Positions 44,862 to 54,142 of a stretch of 64,000 nt of DNA are shown piece by piece. Every line of letters begins with the position of its first letter. The stretch's first letter is position 1. The notes beneath the pieces are model-generated. The model did no database searches and was not told the DNA's origin. It saw only the letters and a list, made by a program, of their open reading frames with translations. This DNA comes from Candidatus Poseidoniaceae archaeon. GTDB lineage: Archaea; Thermoplasmatota; Poseidoniia; Poseidoniales; Poseidoniaceae. The position numbers and the translations under genes are program-made. The DNA is taken from positions 9,712 to 73,711 of the forward strand of contig JBMYVD010000002.1 of assembly GCA_049606035.1 (NCBI GenBank), written 5' to 3'.

Positions 44862-47612
44862 ATGCCAGTTGTCGTCATCGCCGAGAAGCCGAGCGTCGCT
44901 ACTGATATTGCAAAAGTTCTCGGGGTAAGTAAAAAGAAGGAAACTCATTGGGAATCTGATGAAATTTGGATTACTTGGGCAGTTGGACATTTACTTGAAC
45001 TGAAAACTCCTGAAGAATACGATGAATCGTTCAAGAATTGGAGAAAATCAATCGACAAACTTCCATTTATTCCTGAAAATTTCAAACTTAAACCAATAAC
45101 TGGAAGAGGGAGTAATCGAAAGCAGTTAACCGCTATCAAGAAAATGATCACTTCGAAGGATTGCTCAGAAGTTGTCAATGCGTGTGACGCTGCTAGAGAA
45201 GGAGAACTCATCTTCAGACGCATTGTCGAGTTTTCAAAAGTCAAATGTAAAACAAGTAGAATGTGGCTCCAATCATTGACAAATGATTCAATTCAAAATG
45301 CCTGGGACAATCGAGTTTCATCGTCCGACTATGAACCTTTGAGAGATGCTGCTGTTTCCCGAGCTGAAGCAGATTGGATAATCGGAATGAATGGTTCAAG
45401 AGTTGCGGCAACGTTTCTCAGAACAAGCCGAAATGACAAGAAATCACTCTCAATTGGTCGTGTGCAAACCGCTACACTTGGTATGATTGTGGACCATGAA
45501 ATCGAAATATTGTCCCACAATCCAGCGCCATTTTGGGAACTGGAAGCCAAATTTTCCTCAGGAGATGCAACCTGGTCTGCAAGATGGGAAAGGACTGGAC
45601 ACAAAGATGACCCCGAAAATCCGGAAATAAAAGCTCACAGAATTACAGAGTTGAGCGAGAAAGAGATGCTCGAAGAAATTTTAGAGAGCGATGGCGATTT
45701 TACGGTAAGCCAAACCGATAGAGACTCGAAAGAAAAACCACCATTAAATTTCGACCTCACTAGCCTACAAAGAGAAGCAAACAATCTATGGTCTTGGTCT
45801 GCTAGAAGAACACTTTCTGTTGCACAAGAATTGTATGACACACACAAACTTACTACATATCCAAGAACAGATTCACGGTTCCTACCTGAAGATATGATGG
45901 AAGAAATTTCCAAGACGATTAGGCAACTTGGCGCCCAGGATAAACTCAACGAACATTCGCAAAGACTAATCGACAATGGATTGAAAAATGTCAAACGAAA
46001 TTTTGATGATAAGAAGGTCTCAGATCACTATGCAATCATCCCAACAGGTAAACTTCCGCCAAGTGGTCTCAGCAGTGATGCTTCTAAATTGTACGATCTA
46101 ATCGCTAGACAATTCCTAGCATCTTTCCACCCTGAATCCGTTTGGAAGGTTGAAAAACGTACTACCACCAAGAAGGGTCAAAATTTCATTAAGGAAGCAA
46201 GGAGCCTCTCAACACCTGGTTGGCGTGCGGTTAGACCAAAAAAACAGGATTTGCCAGAGGGATGGGGCAAGTTACCAGCAAACCCCTGTCCAAGTCAATT
46301 AGTAGCGCATGAATTCAAAGAAGAAAAAACAAAGCCTCCTGGAAGGCTCAAAGAAGCAGGATTACTTCGACTAATGGAGCATGCTGGAAAGAAAATCGAT
46401 GATGAGGAATTAGCAGCCGCAATGAAAGGAAAGGGGCTAGGAACTCCTGCAACAAGAGCAGAAACAATTGAGAAATTGATTACTCGGGAATTTATTGGAA
46501 GAGGAAAGGGGGGCTCACTAAGAGCTACCGCACACGGAATCAAAATGATAGATATTCTCAGAAGGATACCAGTAGATTGGATTACGTCAGCGGAGTTAAC
46601 AGGAGACATGGAAGCAAAGTTGGATGGCGTTCAACGTGGTACAAACCAAAGAGATTCTTACATGTCTGAAATAAGAAGTCGCGTCCAAGAACTAGTTGAC
46701 AAGATTAGAGACCACGACCGCTCTGAACTTTATTCAAAGAGTGAACCAATAGGTTCTTGTCCTCTTTGTCGATCAAATGTTGGTGAAACGATTCTTTCAT
46801 ACATTTGCGAAACAAACGAAGGCAGGGACAAAGGTTGCTCCTTCGTTATGTGGAAAGATGCCAGCGGTCGCTGGTTCGACAGAAAAACTGCATCAAGATT
46901 GCTACAGGAAAAATCAATAGAAAATTTACATGGCTTCTTCTCAAGAAACGGTGATGGTTACGAAGTTAGTGTTAATATCAATGATAGTGGAAAAGTTGTG
47001 ATTGCTGGTAGTACTGCCCAAACAACAGACGCTAGCGACGCTGAGTTGTGTCCATGCCCAAAGTGTGACCAAGGTACAATCAGAATCGGCGAAGCCACTT
47101 ATGCATGTGACAATGCTGAGTGTAAATTTAGAGGACTGGGGAGAAATGTTTGCAAAAGAGACATCTCAGTTGATGAAGCAAAGAAGATTCTAACAGAAGG
47201 CAAATCGGATTTGATTGAAGATTTCACCTCCAGAAGGGGCAAACCATTCCCAGCCTACCTGGTTCTTGAAGCGAATAAGGTTGGGTTTGAATTCCCACCT
47301 CGAGCACCGCCTGCTGACGCAAAGAAATTCCCTGTTGTCGAAGGGTTGCTTGCAATCTGTCCAAAGACAAATGTGGGGATTATTGAAACTGAAACTCACT
47401 ACCAGGCTGAAGAAAACTCAGAAGGCTGTAAAATCTCGTTATTGCGAGAAATCAGCAAGAGGACTATTACAAGAGAGGAAGCAAAGGAACTTGTCGAAAA
47501 AGGCAAGGTTGGTCCGTTCGATGATTTCATCTCCAAAGCTGGGAAACCTTTCACAGCAATACTGTATATGAAGAAAGATGGAAAGATAGGATATCGCTTT
47601 GCAAAGAAGTGA
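44862..47612 (+). CDS. topA: type IA DNA topoisomerase with C-terminal zinc-ribbon domains
   Basis: 916 aa. Toprim VVVIAEKPSVATDIAKVLG and ACDAAREGELIF. Active-site Tyr in LTTYPRTDSRFL. C-terminal CPLC..C, CPCPKC...CDNAEC. Confidence 0.85.
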   Translation: MPVVVIAEKPSVATDIAKVLGVSKKKETHWESDEIWITWAVGHLLELKTPEEYDESFKNWRKSIDKLPFIPENFKLKPITGRGSNRKQLTAIKKMITSKDCSEVVNACDAAREGELIFRRIVEFSKVKCKTSRMWLQSLTNDSIQNAWDNRVSSSDYEPLRDAAVSRAEADWIIGMNGSRVAATFLRTSRNDKKSLSIGRVQTATLGMIVDHEIEILSHNPAPFWELEAKFSSGDATWSARWERTGHKDDPENPEIKAHRITELSEKEMLEEILESDGDFTVSQTDRDSKEKPPLNFDLTSLQREANNLWSWSARRTLSVAQELYDTHKLTTYPRTDSRFLPEDMMEEISKTIRQLGAQDKLNEHSQRLIDNGLKNVKRNFDDKKVSDHYAIIPTGKLPPSGLSSDASKLYDLIARQFLASFHPESVWKVEKRTTTKKGQNFIKEARSLSTPGWRAVRPKKQDLPEGWGKLPANPCPSQLVAHEFKEEKTKPPGRLKEAGLLRLMEHAGKKIDDEELAAAMKGKGLGTPATRAETIEKLITREFIGRGKGGSLRATAHGIKMIDILRRIPVDWITSAELTGDMEAKLDGVQRGTNQRDSYMSEIRSRVQELVDKIRDHDRSELYSKSEPIGSCPLCRSNVGETILSYICETNEGRDKGCSFVMWKDASGRWFDRKTASRLLQEKSIENLHGFFSRNGDGYEVSVNINDSGKVVIAGSTAQTTDASDAELCPCPKCDQGTIRIGEATYACDNAECKFRGLGRNVCKRDISVDEAKKILTEGKSDLIEDFTSRRGKPFPAYLVLEANKVGFEFPPRAPPADAKKFPVVEGLLAICPKTNVGIIETETHYQAEENSEGCKISLLREISKRTITREEAKELVEKGKVGPFDDFISKAGKPFTAILYMKKDGKIGYRFAKK

Positions 47613-47655
47613 AGCGGCACAACCTTGACATGATTGATTGATACAGAGTATAGCA

Positions 47656-48855
47656 ATGTACGATGTTGTCATCATCGGAGCCGGCCCTGTCGGCGGCAGA
47701 TTGGCAACAGAATTGAGTGCTCGAGGCATATCGACTCTGATGATAGAAGAGCATGCTGAAATTGGACGACCATTCCAATGCGCAGGATTGGTAAATCCAC
47801 CAGCTATGGAAATGGTTGGACTCGAAGAAACCATTTTGCAAAACGTCGATGGTGCTCTAATACATTCTCCATCAGGTATCATGGTCCCCGTTGGTAAAGA
47901 TGGAAGGGTAAGAACTCATGTAGTGTGCAGGAAAAAATTCGACCAAGGTGTTGTTGCACAAGCAATGGAAAAAGGTTCACACCTTTGGCTACTATCGAGA
48001 CCGACTAGCGCTGAAATAACGAAGGATGGAGTAAACCTAGTTGTTGAAAGGGAGGGAGAAATCACAGAAGTGAGTTGTAAATTACTCGTAGGGGCTGATG
48101 GAGCACACTCATGGACTAGAAGATACTTCAAAATGGGTAGGCCAAAAGAAATGATGGTTGGTTTCCAAGCCGATGTTAGCGGACTAAGTGGCAAAGACAA
48201 TTGGTTGGAAATGTACACTGGAAAAGACATTGCTCCCGGATTGTTTGCTTGGGTTATTCCTTGTGGTGACAACACACATAGGATTGGGCTCTGGGGTAGG
48301 GCACAAGATTTGGAAGGCAAAAGCGTGGAACATTATTACGATGCTCTGATTTCGCACCCACTCTGGAAACAAAGATTCTCCGGTATGAAGGAAATTGCAA
48401 GGTATTGTGGACCCGTTCCTTGTGGTACGATTAAGAAACCATTCAAGGATCGTGTAATGGTGATTGGAGATGCTGCAGGAATGGCAAAACCTACCACAGG
48501 AGGAGGAATTGGTCCAGGATTCAGGCAAGTTGAGGCAATTGTCGAAAAACTTAGCATTGCGATACAAAAAGATAAACTCGATGCATCTCACCTATCCTCA
48601 ATCTGTAAATCCTTCAAATCTTTCAGAAGAGAACAGGATAGAGCAATGGCGTTGCGTGACTTACTTGTCACAATTCCAACAGATGAGGAATTAGATTCTC
48701 ATTTCCGGATGTTCAACCGACCAGAAATTCTTGATTTGATTAACAAAGAAGGAGACATCGAACACCCTGTACCACTTGGTATGACTCTGATGAGAAAAGT
48801 TCCTGAATTTAGAAAACTGGCAGTAAAGGCAGGTTTCAAGTTATTGTTTGCATAG
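47656..48855 (+). CDS. geranylgeranyl reductase family flavoprotein
   Basis: ATG at 47656. YDVVIIGAGPVGGRLATELSARG (FAD dinucleotide fold), LLVGADGAHSWTRR, GDAAGMAKPTTGGGI. Confidence 0.8.
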   Translation: MYDVVIIGAGPVGGRLATELSARGISTLMIEEHAEIGRPFQCAGLVNPPAMEMVGLEETILQNVDGALIHSPSGIMVPVGKDGRVRTHVVCRKKFDQGVVAQAMEKGSHLWLLSRPTSAEITKDGVNLVVEREGEITEVSCKLLVGADGAHSWTRRYFKMGRPKEMMVGFQADVSGLSGKDNWLEMYTGKDIAPGLFAWVIPCGDNTHRIGLWGRAQDLEGKSVEHYYDALISHPLWKQRFSGMKEIARYCGPVPCGTIKKPFKDRVMVIGDAAGMAKPTTGGGIGPGFRQVEAIVEKLSIAIQKDKLDASHLSSICKSFKSFRREQDRAMALRDLLVTIPTDEELDSHFRMFNRPEILDLINKEGDIEHPVPLGMTLMRKVPEFRKLAVKAGFKLLFA

Positions 48856-49944
48856 GTGAGATTCGTGGTAGAGGTAAAGCATCGAATTAGGTATCCCCCA
48901 TTCGAGTCCTCCAAACTTAATGCGGAAATGATTCCTATCGTAGAAAAAACGTTTGAGGTTGATGGGGCTGTAGTTCCACCGTTTATCCTAGGCAAAGAAG
49001 ATTCTTGGTTCGTAGAGAGGACAATAAATGGGGAGTATGATGTGGATACTGACTACCATGGCGATATTCCTCAGATAATCGAAAAACAAAGAACTGGATG
49101 GTATTTATTGCCCCACCCAATTCACGCAAAGGCAAGAATTTTCATAAATTACGTAGTTATAATCCTACTATTCTGCTTATTCTATCTTTTCAGCACCCCA
49201 CTGCAATCATCGATTGGAATTCCGACTTTTGGAACCGGCAAAGTTAGGCTGGGATTACTCGATTATCCAATCCTCGCCGTAGTTGTTGTACCATTGATGA
49301 TTGCTCCAATCGCATTGAGAGTGACTGCTAACTTAGGTGATTTGAATAGACAAAAGAAGTTCTTAGCAAATCCACCCCCTAAACCAAAATTCGATTTCGT
49401 CAAGACTGAGAACGGCTCTAATCTTAAGGGGGAAATTAGAATCTCTGAACCAAAAGAGGACTGGATTTCAATGAAATTGTCTTGGAGGGTGGGAATTTTA
49501 CCGCCTGCGAGACATAAGGTATTTGCAGCGCTAAACAGAGACCTAAACGGCCAACCTCCTCCCGGATTAACAACGGCACTCCCACACCATTGGGAAAAGG
49601 GCTTGGATGATGGGACTGGCATGGGTGAAGACGCTCCTATGGAGAGACACGATGCGCCAGGAGGAGTTTTCCTCAGACCGATGCGAATAATGAGTTCTAG
49701 TGCACAGTGTGATATCGACTTAGAGGGTGGAAAATTTGAGCTCGAAAAGCCGGATGGAGAATGGCCAGGTACAGTTTATGGTGACTTGGTCAGAGTTCAC
49801 TGGGAGTTAATCGTAAATATTGAGAGAGAAAGTGGAGGACCTCTTCTATGGGTTGAGCCACTAACCGTAGCACATTCAAAGGAACAAATAGTGAATGATA
49901 ATTTGTCAATTTCTGATGGACGAACAGAAAGTGATACTTTGTAA
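48856..49944 (+). CDS. hypothetical membrane protein (two TM helices plus a beta-rich C-terminal domain)
   Basis: 362-aa ORF. GTG sits directly after the preceding TAG, and an alternative ATG lies at 48928. No motif recognised. Confidence 0.35.
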   Translation: MRFVVEVKHRIRYPPFESSKLNAEMIPIVEKTFEVDGAVVPPFILGKEDSWFVERTINGEYDVDTDYHGDIPQIIEKQRTGWYLLPHPIHAKARIFINYVVIILLFCLFYLFSTPLQSSIGIPTFGTGKVRLGLLDYPILAVVVVPLMIAPIALRVTANLGDLNRQKKFLANPPPKPKFDFVKTENGSNLKGEIRISEPKEDWISMKLSWRVGILPPARHKVFAALNRDLNGQPPPGLTTALPHHWEKGLDDGTGMGEDAPMERHDAPGGVFLRPMRIMSSSAQCDIDLEGGKFELEKPDGEWPGTVYGDLVRVHWELIVNIERESGGPLLWVEPLTVAHSKEQIVNDNLSISDGRTESDTL

Positions 49945-49982
49945 ATGAAAGAATTCATTTGCTTAACCTGTTCTCCACAATC

Positions 49983-52976
49983 ATGGAGCGCAAGGTGGCC
50001 ATTGCCGTGTTCTTGGCTTTTGTTATGCTATTATCGGGTTGCTTTGGGAGTGGCGAGCCAGTAAACGAAGACAAGGAAACCGAAGAAATAGTCCCCGTTA
50101 CAGCATCATTCAATTCTATCATGACTACGGGTAGCCCTTCGGTTGGTGAGATTTTGATCATTGAAGGAATAATTGCAGTAAACCCTACCGGCACAGATTA
50201 CTCAGTAGAATCTGACATAATTACTCCAACAGGATTGAGGTCAATCGAAGCTACGTTCTCCAATACAAACTCAGGAACTAGAATGATTTTCATGCCAGAT
50301 GAACCTGGTGAATGGATGGTAAACTTGCGTTTAGTAGTTGATGGCTTAGAAGAACCAATTCAGACTAGTGTCCAATTTACAGTTTTGACCCCAAGTGAAG
50401 GAGACACAATTCTATCGACCGATTCTGTAATCGAAATGGACATTTCAGCACCACTAACAATATCTGGTAAAGTAATTCATTCATCGCCTGAATCTTGTAC
50501 TGTCAGTGATGGTTCTAACTCACAAGTTGCAAATGAAGCAGGAGAGTTCAGCATCAATCAAGGCGTTGTGGAAGAGTCATATAACCTTACGATTACTGCA
50601 ACTTGTGGAATCTGGACAGAATCACAAGACTCCAGATTAGTTAGGGTAATTCTAGCATCAAATAATGATGTGGACGGAGATGGAATACCCGATGATTCGG
50701 ATTCCTGTCCTAATGGCTACGGAGAAGATGAAGGATGGAATCCAAATGAAATTACAGACCGCGATTCTGATGGTTGTCATGATTTCGAAGAAGACCTAGA
50801 TGATGACAATGACCTTATTCCAGATGTTGATGATGACTGCGCTTCTGAAATTGGATGGGTAAGCGACTCAGTAAATGATTACGATACGGACGGATGTGCA
50901 GACTCAACTGAAGATAATGATGATGATAGCGATGGTGTCGAAGATGCCAACGATAGTTGCCCTAAAGGAGAAATCGGATGGGAGTCAAAGCCCTATACTG
51001 ACTGGGATTTAGACGGTTGCAGAGATTACACCGAGGATATTGATGATGACAACGACTTGGTAAATGATACAATTGATTCTTGCTGGAGAGGTTTTTCTAA
51101 TTGGGCAAGTAACTCAACGACTGATTTTGATGGGGATGGATGTTATGACATGTCAGAAGACGAAGATGACGACAATGATGGTGTCAATGACGTCAACTCA
51201 ACTGGTGTCACTCTCGATTTGTGCCCAAGAACTCCAAAAGGCGCACAGGATGTTGACGAGAATGGTTGCGATGCTACCGAAAGGGATTCAGACAATGATG
51301 GAGTTGTCGATGCTGAAGACAATTGCCCAGGAACCCCTACAGGAAATGTGGTAAACAACGTAGGATGCGCTGACTTAGACGGTGATGGTGTTTTCTCTAA
51401 TGTTGACAATTGTGCAAACACCCAATCTAAGTGGACACCAGATGCAAACGGTTGTGCAGTATACCAGTTACCGGTTACGTGGAAAGAGACTGGACACGGC
51501 AGTGGCAGAATGGACACAGTTGCACACTTCTCACTACCAACGCTTGACGGAACATGGTCGTTTAGAAATGAATGGACAGGTAATGATGTCTACATATTCC
51601 TGTTCAAGTACACTGACTCTTCAGGAAATAGTAACAATGCTGATTGGTCAAAGAACCCTGGACCGATGATTAGACAATTACCAGACAATGCTCATCTTTT
51701 CTACGGTTCTTTTGATAATTCATACAATAGTGACGTACAAGGCAGAAAGGTAGCAGTCCAAAATGCACTTAACGCTGATGAGGAATTGAAGTGGGAAAAT
51801 AGAATCCACTACATTGACCAAGATATGTCCACAGCTTCTGGTGGAATTGGGGACTTGATTAGCAATTGGAATTCGTTCTATTATGGAATCGACAGATTCC
51901 AAAGAGCAAGAGAAATTGGTTCAATCTATGCTTGGACATCACAAACAAACGACATCACGCATTGGGCTTATGAGGCTAGAATGTACAACTATGAATTCCC
52001 GACAGAGGTAAGGGAGAATGACCCAAACATACACACTGTAACAATCGTAGATGAAGTGTGGCACAGTGGAGGATGGGGTGGAGGATACACTTCAACTTAC
52101 GAAAATACCACGATCTCTCTTCCAAACAATATCAGTACATACGATACTTTGGAAGTATTCCATGAACATGCCTGTGAGGACAGAAGAAATCGATACCAGA
52201 AATCTGATGGAACTTACGGCGGCTGTCACGAATGGGATTATCTTGCTTACATGAAAATATGTGATAGAGACAACTCGAGTAAATGTGGCACAGAATTCAT
52301 GCGGTGGATTACAACTTATGGCCGTGAAGGTCGGTGGTTAACCGACATCTCACCATATTTATTCATGTTAGAGGATAATGATGTTAGAAATTTCAAGTAT
52401 CAAGGAGCAAATAAAGGAACTATGACTGTTAAGTTACTATTCTCTAACTGGAATGTTGGTGAGAGAAGTACATCGGGAGAACAGGTGTTTACTGGGGGCC
52501 AATTTGCTGGTGAATACAATAATGAATCCAGATACAAGAGGCAACATAACTTCACAACCTTATCAGATTTCAATAGCCTGAAGATCGTAGCAACAATCAC
52601 AGGTCACGGATTCAATCAAGACCAAGCAAATTGTGCTGAGTTCTGTGACCATGAACATCACTACTACCTAAATGGTAATACGGCTTATGAATGGCACCCA
52701 ATCGTCTATGATAATCAAGGATGTGAGAAGGAGGTCGATGACGGTGTTGTTGCCAACCAGTTTGGCTCTTGGCCATTTGGAAGAGCCGGCTGGTGTGCAG
52801 GACAAGACGTCAAACAATGGGTGTATGACATCACTGATTGGGTCGACAATTCCTCAATAAATAATCTAGAATACAAGGGATTATTCAACGGTCAGGAATA
52901 TGTGCCACAAGATACCAACGGTGGTGGAAGGGAAATCAGAGCCAATATCTGGTTGGTGTATTACGACGCAAATTGA
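49983..52976 (+). CDS. secreted lipoprotein with Ig-like N-terminal region, Cys-containing thrombospondin type-3 (TSP3) repeats and a PNGase F-like C-terminal domain
   Basis: 997 aa from ATG 49983. Signal plus lipobox-like MERKVAIAVFLAFVMLLSGC. DxDxDGxxDxxD arrays at 50667-51420. The C-terminal CHEWDYLAYM, RWITTYG, TITGHGF...NCAEFC and GSWPFGRAGWCAGQDV are collinear with PNGase F CDEWDRYANV, RFITPY, TISGWGH...GCAEWC and GNWAPDRAGWCPGMAV. Confidence 0.7.
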   Translation: MERKVAIAVFLAFVMLLSGCFGSGEPVNEDKETEEIVPVTASFNSIMTTGSPSVGEILIIEGIIAVNPTGTDYSVESDIITPTGLRSIEATFSNTNSGTRMIFMPDEPGEWMVNLRLVVDGLEEPIQTSVQFTVLTPSEGDTILSTDSVIEMDISAPLTISGKVIHSSPESCTVSDGSNSQVANEAGEFSINQGVVEESYNLTITATCGIWTESQDSRLVRVILASNNDVDGDGIPDDSDSCPNGYGEDEGWNPNEITDRDSDGCHDFEEDLDDDNDLIPDVDDDCASEIGWVSDSVNDYDTDGCADSTEDNDDDSDGVEDANDSCPKGEIGWESKPYTDWDLDGCRDYTEDIDDDNDLVNDTIDSCWRGFSNWASNSTTDFDGDGCYDMSEDEDDDNDGVNDVNSTGVTLDLCPRTPKGAQDVDENGCDATERDSDNDGVVDAEDNCPGTPTGNVVNNVGCADLDGDGVFSNVDNCANTQSKWTPDANGCAVYQLPVTWKETGHGSGRMDTVAHFSLPTLDGTWSFRNEWTGNDVYIFLFKYTDSSGNSNNADWSKNPGPMIRQLPDNAHLFYGSFDNSYNSDVQGRKVAVQNALNADEELKWENRIHYIDQDMSTASGGIGDLISNWNSFYYGIDRFQRAREIGSIYAWTSQTNDITHWAYEARMYNYEFPTEVRENDPNIHTVTIVDEVWHSGGWGGGYTSTYENTTISLPNNISTYDTLEVFHEHACEDRRNRYQKSDGTYGGCHEWDYLAYMKICDRDNSSKCGTEFMRWITTYGREGRWLTDISPYLFMLEDNDVRNFKYQGANKGTMTVKLLFSNWNVGERSTSGEQVFTGGQFAGEYNNESRYKRQHNFTTLSDFNSLKIVATITGHGFNQDQANCAEFCDHEHHYYLNGNTAYEWHPIVYDNQGCEKEVDDGVVANQFGSWPFGRAGWCAGQDVKQWVYDITDWVDNSSINNLEYKGLFNGQEYVPQDTNGGGREIRANIWLVYYDAN

Positions 52977-54133
52977 GTAGGCGGAGGTGCAGGCATTTCC
53001 GACAAACTGGATTTTGCATCGGGTGTATCAAGTAACTCGTAGCGAGAATTTCTTCGTCTTGGCACAAATCCTGCTCTAATTATTGCATCCTGTAACTCGA
53101 TTTCTGTTGCTTGCATCTTGTCGGTACCAGATGCTGATACAACATTTTCTTCCATCATTGTCGAGCCTGCATCATCTGCACCACCAAGAAGTGCCATTTG
53201 TGCTATTGACAGTCCCATGGTCGGCCAGGATGCTTGTATATGTTCGATATTATCAAAAAAGAGTCTTGAGATAGCAACGTGGCGAAGATATTCTGTAGGT
53301 CCAGCACCCAACTCGAATTTATTTCTTCCACGGTTCCTTTTTCCGTATGAATTGTTTTCCAACTGAACCGGCCATGCAATAAACGAAGTGAATCCATTTG
53401 AGTAGTTCTCGAGACTGTAGTCTTGTAATTCTCTTATCCTGAACATGTGTTCAACCCGATTTTCAATTGACTCTCCAAAGCCAAAAACGTTTGTTGCACT
53501 GGTAACCAATCCAAGCGATTGTGCTTCTCGCATAACGTTTAGCCAGTTATCTGGAGAGCCCTTTTTTGGAGACACATCGGTTCTCACCGATTCAACTAGC
53601 ATCTCTGCGCCCCCGCCAGGTAAACCATGCATTCCAGCGTCTTTCAAGTGGGTTAATACTTGGAGAGTGGAAATACCGGTTACTTCCGCAATACCTTCTA
53701 TTTCAATAGGAGAAAAACAGTCGATGTCAATCGTTGGATGTCGTGACCTCAAGGAGGACAGCAATTCAGTATAATATTCGATTCCAAGTGCAGGATTAAC
53801 TCCACCCTGCATTAGTATTCTTGTGCCTTCAATATTTTCAAGTTCTCGAACTCTGTTGCTTATTTCATCTATGGTTTGAGTATAAGTTTCATCATGTCCG
53901 GGCGGACGGTAAAATGAGCAAAACTGACAGTTTATCGTACAAACGTTGGTGTAGTTGATGTTACGGTCGATCAGATAGGTAACTTCTCTATCACCATTCA
54001 TTTTGACCCTACGTGAGTTTGCTGCACTTCTAAGTTCATGCAATGGTGCGTCTCTATACAGAATCACCGCTTCATCGGTTGTTAGCCTAGAACCCTCTGA
54101 TAATTGGTTCGCCAAGATATCTTGCCAATCCAT
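52961..54133 (-). CDS. mqnC: radical SAM enzyme of the MqnC/MqnE (futalosine menaquinone pathway) family, MqnC-like
   Basis: 390 aa. YLIDRNINYTNVCTINCQFCSFYR, ILMQGGVNPALGIEYY, CFSPIEI, GLPGGGAEML, ATNVFGFGES. Confidence 0.65.
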   Translation of the reverse strand: MDWQDILANQLSEGSRLTTDEAVILYRDAPLHELRSAANSRRVKMNGDREVTYLIDRNINYTNVCTINCQFCSFYRPPGHDETYTQTIDEISNRVRELENIEGTRILMQGGVNPALGIEYYTELLSSLRSRHPTIDIDCFSPIEIEGIAEVTGISTLQVLTHLKDAGMHGLPGGGAEMLVESVRTDVSPKKGSPDNWLNVMREAQSLGLVTSATNVFGFGESIENRVEHMFRIRELQDYSLENYSNGFTSFIAWPVQLENNSYGKRNRGRNKFELGAGPTEYLRHVAISRLFFDNIEHIQASWPTMGLSIAQMALLGGADDAGSTMMEENVVSASGTDKMQATEIELQDAIIRAGFVPRRRNSRYELLDTPDAKSSLSEMPAPPPTQFAS

Positions 54134-54142
54134 TCAGACCAC

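Noticed and set aside
50667-51420. Periodic DNA repeats that might have been a CRISPR-like or satellite array. The same pattern occurs across 57100-60100.
   Set aside because: The periodicity is in-frame, encodes Asp-rich calcium-binding repeats, and lacks the identical direct repeats with unique spacers of a CRISPR array.
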